Notes under the pieces: generated by a model
What the model saw: only the letters and a program-made list of their open reading frames with translations
The model's database searches: none
What the model was told of the DNA's origin: nothing
NCBI GenBank assembly: GCA_964016885.1
Contig: OZ024751.1
Location: 22,816,001-22,880,000 of the forward strand
Source of the DNA: Eledone cirrhosa
Lineage: Eukaryota
Direction of reading: 5' to 3'
DNA: 64,000 bases
Position numbers and translations under genes: made by a program
In this document: positions 54,577 through 64,000 of the stretch, piece after piece
Layout of the letters: every line of letters starts with the position of its first letter
Numbering within the stretch: position 1 is the first letter of the stretch

Positions 54577-54702
54577 GATGATTTCTAAAGAATGAAACAG
54601 TTCTAGTCCTGTAGAATCTCATCTATATTAAAACTTTTATACTCTGCAATGTATTGAGTACCTTACTTATTGTGGTTACCTCCGATTCAACCCGGAATAA
54701 CG
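54577..54702 (+). mobile_element. Family B element, 5'-truncated inside the HHR core
   Basis: Starts TGATGA directly after (TA)n and matches 31190-31315. Confidence 0.85.
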
Positions 54703-54725
<23 letters not shown>

Positions 54726-54733
<8 letters not shown>

Positions 54734-55146
54734 ATATTTGGGGAGGGTCATATTTGCGTAATATTGCCAGAATTAATAACAGAACACACTCACTGTTTGG
54801 TTGGTTTTCGCTTCTCGCTGTCTTTTATATATATATATCTGCGATCTAACTTACTCGGTCCTCAATGTTGCCATTGACTGACCGGCGGTCAATATTGTTT
54901 GTCTATATTGTATCTGTATTATTTTTGACCGCCGGTCAGTCAATGGCAACATTGAGGACCGAGTAAGTTAGATCGCAGATATATATATATAAAAGACAGC
55001 GAGAAGCGAAAACCAACCAAACAGTGAGTGTGTTCTGTTATTAATTCTGGCAATATTACGCAAATATGACCCTCCCCAAATATAACAATATCTGTTTCGA
55101 CACACGATTTCATATAAAAAACCTCGCAAAACTAATTCATCGCCGC
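54726..55146. mobile_element. Family G fold-back element (167-bp arms)
   Basis: 54726-54892 is the reverse complement of 54925-55091; TA flanks. Confidence 0.85.
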
Positions 55147-55195
55147 TATATATATATATATATATATATATAGTGTGTGTGTGTGTGTAGATATG

Positions 55196-55242
<47 letters not shown>

Positions 55243-55275
55243 GTATATACATGTATGTATGTGTAGATAAAAATG

Positions 55276-55330
<55 letters not shown>

Positions 55331-55423
55331 TACGTGTGTGTAGATATGTATATACATGTTTGTGTGTGTATATATAAATGATATATATATGAGTGTGTGT
55401 GTCTGCGTGCGTGTGTGTAGATA

Positions 55424-55467
<44 letters not shown>

Positions 55468-55573
55468 GTATGTGTGTATATATATATATGTGTGGATGTG
55501 TGTTTATATGTATGTGTGTATATATATAAGTGATATATATATATATATATATAAGTGATATATATATATAAAT

Positions 55574-55605
<32 letters not shown>

Positions 55606-55765
55606 GGAAAAAGTGGGACCCCGACGGCAGAGCTCAAGCCGCCTCGACGGCTATTTCTGAAGTAGAAATAGCCGTCGAGGCGGCTTGAGCTATGCCGTCG
55701 GGGTCATACTTTTTCCTATTTCCCACTCTACTAAGTATTGAGTACTCTGGTGCGTTATGGTCCAT
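55606..55765 (+). mobile_element. Family A element
   Basis: Fold-back head with GAGGC variant, truncated tail. Confidence 0.85.
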
Positions 55766-55774
55766 TATGGAGAT

Positions 55775-57080
55775 TGTGGGTAGGAAGGGTGGGTAGGAAT
55801 GGTGGGAGAAGGGTGGGAGAGGGGTGGGTGAAGGGTGGGCAGGAATGGTGGGAGAAGGGTGGGTAGGAAGGGTGAGAGAAGGGTGGGTAGGAAGGGTGGG
55901 TGAAAGGTGGGGTAGGAAGGGTGAGAGAAGGGTGGGGTAGGAAGAGTGCGAAAAGTGGTGGGTAGGAATGGTGGGAGAAGGGTGAGAAATGCGTGGAGAT
56001 GGGTGGGAGAAGGGTGAGAGAAGGGTGGGGTAGGAATGGTAGGAGAAGGGTGAAAGAAGGGTGGGAGAAGGGTGGGGTGGGAAGTGTGAGGGAGAAAGGT
56101 GAGGTAATGTGGGAGAGAAATGGGTAATTTAGTGGGGGTGGAAGAGAAAGGTGTGGGTGAGGTGGACGGTGAAGTGAAGAAAGGGAAAATAAGAGAGAGA
56201 AAGGAAGAGTTGAGAGGTGGCAGGCGAGGGAAAGAAAGGTAAGTGTTGAGAGAGAGAGAGAGAGAGAGAGGAAGTGGAATGGTGAGGCGGGGAAGGGGAA
56301 AGAGAGCGGGAGAGAAAACGAGAGAGGGAAAATAGGGGATGAGAGAGAGAATGGCAGGAAATGGTGAGAGAGGGAAAGAAAGCGAGAGGGGAAGTTAAAA
56401 CGAGTGAGTGTGGGGGAGGAAGGGATGAGAGTGTGAGAAAGAGGATAATAGGAAGGGGGAAGGGTGAGATATATAGAGAGAGTGAGAGAAGGGGAGAGTG
56501 GAAGGGGGGGCGTGAGAGAGAGAGGAATGAATCAGAGCGTGAGCGAAAGAAAGGAAGGAATGAGAGAGAGAAGGAGTGAGAGAGAGAAAGAGAGCGTTTG
56601 AAAGAGAGGAAAGAATGAAAACGTGAGGGAGAGAGGAAGGGGTGAGAGAGTGTGAGAGAGAGAGGGGGGGAGGGGTGTGGGGGAGAGGAAGGGGGGAGAG
56701 AGTGGGGGAGAGAGGAAGGGGTGAGAGAGGGGAGGAGAGGGGTGAGAGAGGGGAGGAGAGGGGTGTGAGAGAGAAAGAGGTGAGAGAGTGTGGGAGAGAG
56801 GAAGGGGTGAGAGAGTGTGAGAGAGAGGATGAGAGGAAGGGTGAGAGAGTGTGAGAGAGAGGGTGAGAGGAAGGGTGAGGGAGAGAGGAAAGAATGAGAG
56901 CGTGAGAGAGAGGGGTGAGGAAGGGGGAGGGAGAGAGGAAAGAATGAGAGCGTGAGAGAGGGGGGAGAGGAAGGGGGAGGGAGAGAGGGAGGGGGGAAAT
57001 AATGATAGCGTGAGAGAGAGGGGGAGAGGATTAAGAACGAGAGAGGGGGGAGAGGATTAAGAACGAGAGAGAGGGGGGAT
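55775..57080. repeat. Purine/G-rich low-complexity tract
   Basis: gaagggtggg and GA repeats. Confidence 0.9.
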
Positions 57081-57372
57081 GAGAACGTGTTAAGGCAAGG
57101 TGGGTTGAACTTTCATCGTTATTGTAAACTATCATCAAAGGTTGCTGTTTGGTGGAGGAAAGATACAGGTAAGTAGGTTGCATTGGAGATTTTAATTACA
57201 GGTGAATGAACAGGTAAGAGGGGAATAGACTGCAATAATTGGTGTCCTGGAGTTGGTGCCAATGTAGTATTAAATGAACTACACTAGTGCTGTTTCTATT
57301 GTGGTTGTTGTTGGTGGTGATGGTGGTGCAGTTGTTATTGCTGTTGTTGCTATTGTTGTAGATAGATAGATA

Positions 57373-57807
57373 GATATGTTTCTTTATTAGCCACAGGGGC
57401 ACAAAAAAAGGGGACAAATACAAAAGGGGGAAGTTTACATACAATAAAAACGTAAAATGTTATCACAAATGCAATTTAAAAAATTAGTCGATTTTCCCCA
57501 ATAGGGGGAGACAGTTCATATGGGTAACACATACCCCCGAAAAAAATGTGCAACCCTCATCTCCAGGAGTACGAAGAGTTTGTACTCCTTTCCTCTCCTC
57601 CTCCTTTTCCTCAACCTACAGGCTGATATAGAGAGAAGGCCCATTCACTCGGGCCATTCTCGCCACTTTCACCCACCTTTCATAAAACTTGCTGGGGTAC
57701 AGCACCTCTCTCTCCATCCTGATTATTCTTCCAAAGTGGTATTTGAAAAAAAGAATCAGTTGTTGGCCGGAGAGAAAGGTGTCTGACCTCAGCCCTTTCA
57801 ACCTTGT
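57373..57807 (-). mobile_element. 5'-truncated Tx1/L1-like LINE in (GATA)n
   Basis: ORF end TRLKGLRSDTFLSGQQLILFFKYHFGRIIRMEREVLYPSKFYERWVKVARMARVNGPSLYISL*, 3' UTR, AATAAA, (TATC)n on both sides. Clade inferred from the C-terminal pattern only. Confidence 0.65.
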
Positions 57808-57841
57808 AGATAGATAGATAGATAGATAGATAGATATATAG

Positions 57842-58020
57842 ATATGTTTCTTTATTAGCCACAGGGGGACAAAAGAAGGGGACAAATACAAAGGGGGAAG
57901 TTTACATAAAATAAAAACGTTTATTGTATGTAAACTTATATATCAAAATGCAATTGAAAAGTTAATCGATTTTCCCCAATAGGGGATAGATATGTTTCTT
58001 TATTAGCCACAGGGGCACAT
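57842..58020 (-). mobile_element. Two further 3'-end fragments of the same LINE
   Basis: Repeat gatatgtttctttattagccacagggg at about 57841 and 57989. Confidence 0.75.
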
Positions 58021-58022
58021 GG

Positions 58023-58074
<52 letters not shown>

Positions 58075-58541
58075 CAGACAGGCAGAGAGGCAGGAAATCA
58101 GTGTCCTCAAGAGAAGAGTCTCGCTAAGAAAACTTCCATTTAACTTTGCTTTATATTAAGACAGGAGACTGTTGTTCTTGCACACATAACGTTGATTTCC
58201 GCCCGAAACTACGGCAAGCTGGTTGTCAGGGAAGTCATCGGAATATTACAATTTATTTTTGTTATCGAGAAACTTCCAATCCATTTAGATCCATTAATCT
58301 TCGCAGAGCTTTAACTGATCGTCAACAGATAAAGTGAACTCAGACTACACTGTAGCAATATTATTACACTTTCTTTCTTTATTACACTTTCTTTCTTTAT
58401 TACACTTTCTTTCTTGCTTCTTTCTTTATTACTTTGGGTTTTGTTTTGTTTGTACTTTCGTTCTTCCTTCGTTGCTGTTGCGTTATTCCCACCCTATTGT
58501 TCTGTCCTGAAAGATTAAACACACACACACATATGTGTGTG

Positions 58542-58592
<51 letters not shown>

Positions 58593-58669
58593 GGAGTTAC
58601 TAGTAAGACCATGTTCAACTCAGTACTCGATACTTGGGAAAGTAGAGTGTTTGTATATATATATATATA

Positions 58670-59562
58670 CGAGGTGTGTCAGAAAAGTTCCAGGACTGAT
58701 GTCACAAAAGATTTATTTCAAACCCAAACTTAACACTAAGAGTTTTCTCCTTCAAAGTAATCCCTCTGGAGTCTAATGCACTTTTCCATCCTTTTCTGCC
58801 ACGTTTGCATGCACTCCTGGAAGGATTCTTCGGGGATCCTCCGCAGTTCCGTCGTCACGGCCTTTTTGATGTCGTCCACGTCTTCAAAACGGGTCCCCTC
58901 CGGGTCGTACTCGAAGATCCATGACTTATCACCAGTGATGACTGTCCCTAGCAAGTCTGGTTTCGGTTTCAAGAGGCTCGAGGATGTCCTGGCACACTTG
59001 CATGCGTCGACCCTTCTGGTCATCGTTCAGCAGTTTTGGCACCATCTTCGCGAAGACTTTCCGTATATCCAAATCTTCAGTGAGAATCTTCCAGACCCTG
59101 TCCCGATTCATGCCCAGCTCATTTGCCATCAGTCGAACAGTCAGCCTACAATCGCTACGCACCATCTTCCTGACGCGCTCAACGTTGACCTCAGTCCTGG
59201 TTGTTGAGGGCCCTCCACTCATGGGGTCATCTTCCACGTCCTCGCGTCCTTCTTTAAACCTCTTGCACCACTCAAAAACACGTGAGCGTAACATCGTCTC
59301 ATCTCCATACACTTGCTGCAGCAATCCCAGTGCTTCTGACGGAGTTTTCAAGTTTGTTCGTTGCTCTGTGCTCATTGCTTGACCACCTGAAACAGAGGAC
59401 ATGTATATAAAATTATGAAAAAAAAAGTTTGATCGTTACAGAGAGCTAAGATTACAGTTACATACTCCAGGGGGATTACTTTGAAGGAGAAAACTCTTAG
59501 TGTGAAGTTTGGGTTTGAAATAAATCTTTTGTGATATCAATCCTGGAACTTTTCTGACACAC

Positions 59563-59566
<4 letters not shown>
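58670..59566 (-). mobile_element. Internally deleted mariner (Tc1/mariner) transposon with 103-bp inverted ends and TA flanks
   Basis: 58670-58772 is inverted against 59464-59566; TA on both sides; transposase remnants inside. Confidence 0.92.
58736..59375 (-). pseudogene. Mariner transposase pseudogene (frameshift and catalytic-domain deletion)
   Basis: HTH region (VFEWCKRFKEGREDVEDD), VPKLL linker, then ITGDKSWIFEYDPE joined directly to GTRFEDVDDIKKAVTTEL..GENS; second D and the YSPDLAP motif are absent. Confidence 0.9.
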
Positions 59567-59596
<30 letters not shown>

Positions 59597-59601
<5 letters not shown>

Positions 59602-59653
59602 CAGAAATAGCCGTCGAAACGGCTTGAGCTCTGCCGTCGGGGTCATACCTTTT

Positions 59654-59656
<3 letters not shown>
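59597..59656 (+). mobile_element. Family A fragment (HHR 3' half only)
   Basis: tagtccagaaatagccgtcgaaacggcttgagctctgccgtcggggtc between TA runs. Confidence 0.75.
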
Positions 59657-59698
<42 letters not shown>

Positions 59699-60403
59699 GT
59701 GTAAATGCATTCGATATTCAGAGAGTGGGATTGGCCCCAAACAAAGCTTTTCCTCATTTAAAAAAGCTTCAAGCGCAGGCATCGCTTGATATGTGGCATT
59801 GTTTGTGATATATGTCATTGCTAGCCACAGACAAGTACCTAGCAACACTGAAAAGCCATGTCCGTGACGCTCATAATTAAGTATCAAGCGATGGCATTAC
59901 TCGAAATCGAGTTGCATTTATATATAGTAGATCCGTGCCGTCAATAACGGCAGCAATAGTGTACTGCCCAATTCTCCTGGGAGTTTCTTACCACCACTGT
60001 TTATTTTCTTTCTCTTCACTATCGTCTTTTCCTTCCCCAATAACTTCCTGAAGTTATTGACGTACTGTGGATAGATGTCTTTAATGCATCGAAACATCCG
60101 AGACTCATAGCAGACAACTGATGAGGGGAGGGAGGTTGTCTTATGTTTGTATTTCCATTACTTCTCTAAATCCCCCCCTCTCTCTCACCTGCGTTGCACA
60201 CGTTGCATTTTCGTTACACATGGTACACATGTTGCCTTTGCGATGCATATGGTACACCTGTGTTAAACATGTGCACCTGTGCGGTGCTGCCTATGTTACA
60301 GCTGTGTTATATATGTTGCAACTGTGTTACACATGTATCTATGTTACCCATGGCATGTGTGTGTGTGTGTGTGTGTGTATGTGTTGATTTATGCTATACA
60401 TGT

Positions 60404-60680
60404 GGCGTGCCGCTGAGTGGTTAGAGAATTGGATTCGCAATCGTGAGGTTGTGAGTTCGATTCCCGGACCGGATGATGCGTTATGTCCTTAAGCAAGACA
60501 CTTTACTTCACGCTGCTCCTTCTACCTGGAGTTGCGACCGATAGATAGTATTAGCAATTGGAAACACCAACGGAAACATTGTTTCCTCGGTCCCATTTGA
60601 CGAAAGTCGATCGACTGTCGATACATGTGTTTTATCTGTCGTGTTGTGACATCATAGCAGTTATATATTCGGGATGGTTT
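60404..60680 (+). mobile_element. SINE type 2 head fused to a family G-related sequence
   Basis: Same junction (gctcc|ttctacctggagttgcgaccgatagatagtatt) as 42066-42270. Confidence 0.7.
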
Positions 60681-60939
60681 TATCAACAGCTGATCTGTGT
60701 AATCATATCATCATACCAGTTATACGTTCGGGTTGGATTCATATACAGGTGATCCGTGTCAACAGACCATCATACCAGTTAAATATTCTGGTTGGATTTA
60801 TCGACAGCTGATCTGTCATGAGTTAACCCATTAAAATGCTACAATTGTGCCACCCTCGCTAGCTCCAGCATGGCCCTATGACGTCACGTGAAGTGACATT
60901 TTGCTTCCTGTACAGTGACGTCACACCCGCATAATATGT

Positions 60940-61676
60940 AACACACACACACACACACACATAGACTATAGTATTCAGTAAGACACACACACAGACACAC
61001 TGACACACACTGATACACACAGACACACACACACTGAAGACACACTGATACACACACAGACACACTGATAGACACACACACAGACACTGACACACACACT
61101 CAGACTGACACACACACAGTGATACACACACAGACACACTGACACACACACACTGACACACAGACACACTGATACACACATATACACTGATATACTGACA
61201 CATACACAAACATATACATTGACACACACATACTGACGCACACACACACAGGCAGGGAGACACTGGCACACACACAAGTAGAAAGGCACTTGCAGACACA
61301 CACATACACTGGCACACACATACACTAGCACACACACATATACTGGCACACATATACACTGGCACACACATACACTGACACACATATACACTGGCAACAC
61401 ACACACAGGTATACACACGAAGAGACACAGGCACACACACACTGACACAGACACACACACGAAGAGACACTGGCACACACAGAGTCAATGGCACACACAC
61501 AATGACGCAGACACACACACAAACGAAGAGAAACTGGCACACACACGAAGAGAGACTGGCGCACACACACACAGACACCAGCATACACAAACACTGACAC
61601 ACACATACAGAGACACTGGCACACACACACACACTAGCATAAACACAAAGACACACACACAGACACTGACACACAT
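60940..61676. repeat. Degenerate (CA)n tract
   Basis: CA repeats punctuated by CTG/GA. Confidence 0.92.
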
Positions 61677-61964
61677 TAAAAATAGGGAAAGACAGAAGGT
61701 AGCCTAATGGATTATCACAGGAAAAGACAAAACAGTAAATAGATTGAGACAGAATAGAGGAATATATCGATGAACGAATATGTGAATGAACGAATATATG
61801 AATGAACGAATGTGTGAATGAAGGAAAGTTTATTGAATATGACCTAAACTTACAATCGTACAGGTAGACAAGGCTTAGCAGCGAGAGACAGACTGTGTGT
61901 TTCAGTGTGTGTGTATGCAGTGTGTATGCATGGGTATATATGTGTGTATGTACACATATGTGTA

Positions 61965-62010
<46 letters not shown>

Positions 62011-62361
62011 TTCATACAGATACATACATACATACATACATACATACATACATACATACATACATACATACATACATACATACATACATACCTAAACGCG
62101 CATATATATATCTGTGTAAGTATATACATATGCACAGGATTTTAAGTTTCAAATAAAATTTGATATTTCCCTCTGCGTTTCATATAGAGTACACTCTTCA
62201 TCTTTTTGGCATTTATCGTCATATATACACATATGTATATATAATGATATATATATATATATGTGTGTGTGTGTATGAAACCACTGGTAAATGAAATAAT
62301 TGCCTTATGTTGTTTATTACATAACTATATATATATATGTATATATATATATGTATATATA

Positions 62362-62505
62362 TTCATTTTATGAAGGCTAAATAGTGAGTCCTGTTAATCT
62401 GGAGTTTAGCTTGTTTATCACAGGGTCATCAGACAATAACATAATAGAATAAATATTAAAACTCTACTTCGGTATTGAATACTCCTTTCTCTCAATCGTC
62501 AATCA
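62362..62505. mobile_element. Family E element with decayed HHR on the minus strand (about 62391-62436)
   Basis: Minus strand UUGU-CUGAUGA-CCCUGU-GAUAA-ACAAGC-uAAAC-UCCAGA-uUA-ACAG; tail shared with 19189. Confidence 0.55.
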
Positions 62506-63038
62506 CATTATAAATATATATATATATATAAAGTGAATCGATTATTAAATCCATACAAAACGTTTGTGTATACATCTACTCAGATTTCAATAGACAGTTC
62601 GACATAACTTCTAGAGTTTCCATACACTGTACGTTATTGCCGTGTATATATACATACATACATTATATATATATATACACATCGTACACTTACGTACATG
62701 TCTATATGAGTGTGTGTGTGTGTGTGTGTGTGGACGTGTGTGTGTGTGTGTGGACGTGTGTGGACGTGTGTGGACGTGCACATGTGTGTGTGTGCGTGTG
62801 TTAAATAAACGTCTAAACTAGAACGCAACATATACAGTATTAGAATATTAAAGGTAAATTAAATGAAAATATAACTACTGTTTTTTTAATTAGAAGTGTC
62901 ACCCTGAAAAGAAGGAAATGTAGACAGACAGACAGACAGACAGACCGATTGACAAACTGATATATATATATATATATAAAGACAGCGAGAGAGATAGACA
63001 TAGAGATATATATCTATGACTATCTATACCATCTTACA

Positions 63039-63830
63039 GACATATCTATGTATGTATCACTAGCAATACTATATTCTGACAGACATATCTATGTATGTAT
63101 TGCTAGCGTTACTATATTGTCACAGACATATCTATGTATGTATCGCTAGCGTTACTATATTGTCACAGACATATCTATGTATGTATCGCTAGCGTTACTA
63201 TATTGTCACTGACATATGTGTGTATGTTTCGCTAGCGTTACTATATTGTCACAGACATATCTATGTATGTATCGCTAGCGTTACTATATTGTCATAGACA
63301 TATCTATGTATGTATCGCTAGCATTACTATATTGTCACTGACATATGTGTGTATGTTTCGCTAGCGTTACTATATTGTCACAGACATATCTATGTATGTA
63401 TCGCTAGCGTTACTATATTGTCACAGACGTATCTATGTATGTATCGCTAGCGTTACTATATTGTCACAGACATATCTATGTATGTATCGCTAGCGTTACT
63501 ATACTGTCATAGACATATCTATGTATGTATCGCTAGCGTTACTATATTGTCACAGATATATCTATGTATGTATCGCTAGCGTTACTATATTGTCACTGAC
63601 ATATGTGTGTATGTATCGCTAACTTGTCATAATCTATGTCTGTATCGCTAACATATCACAGACTATGTGTGTATCGCTAGCATGTCAAAGACTGTGTGTG
63701 TATCGCTAGCATGTCAAAGACTGTGTGTGTATCGCTAACATGTCAAAGACTGTGTGTGTATCGCTGAGATGTCACATACCTTTCTATGTGTGTATCGCTG
63801 AAATGTCACAGACCTTTCTATGTGTATATC
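63039..63830. repeat. 43-bp minisatellite decaying into 29-bp units
   Basis: gacatatctatgtatgtatcgctagcgttactatattgtcaca. Confidence 0.95.
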
Positions 63831-64000
63831 GCTAACATTACTATACTATCACAAACCTAACTATATGCGCATTGCAAGCATAACTATATGTTTGTGTATA
63901 TATATGTGTGTGTGCATGTGTGTGTTGGTACATATATCATCATCATAATATATATATATATAAAGATTTATAGCTATATATATTTTGACTGGTCGTGAAA

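Overview
Eukaryotic, AT-rich, microsatellite-saturated non-coding DNA. The SINE types and repeat landscape resemble an octopus/coleoid genome; this is recognition from memory, not a database result. No host protein-coding exon is supportable, and nearly all listed ORFs are translated simple repeats. Recognisable content: (TA)n/(CA)n/(GA)n/(GATA)n/(CAC)n tracts, several mini/satellites, two tRNA-derived SINE types, RTE- and Tx1/L1-like LINE 3' remnants, and an internally deleted mariner. The main signal is a set of at least 8 sequence-unrelated families of short non-coding elements, nearly all embedded in (TA)n tracts. They (i) carry type I hammerhead ribozyme (HHR) folds, readable by eye as stem I-CUGANGA-stem II-GAAA-stem III-NUH-stem I; (ii) usually occur as fold-back palindromes, and once as a 3x310-bp tandem array; (iii) mostly share a small covarying bulged hairpin (ACTC...GAGT) near their 3' end. 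This looks like a Penelope-like/retrozyme-type non-autonomous ribozyme retroelement system associated with TA microsatellites. All folds were derived by manual base-pairing and are untested; coordinates were counted by hand.
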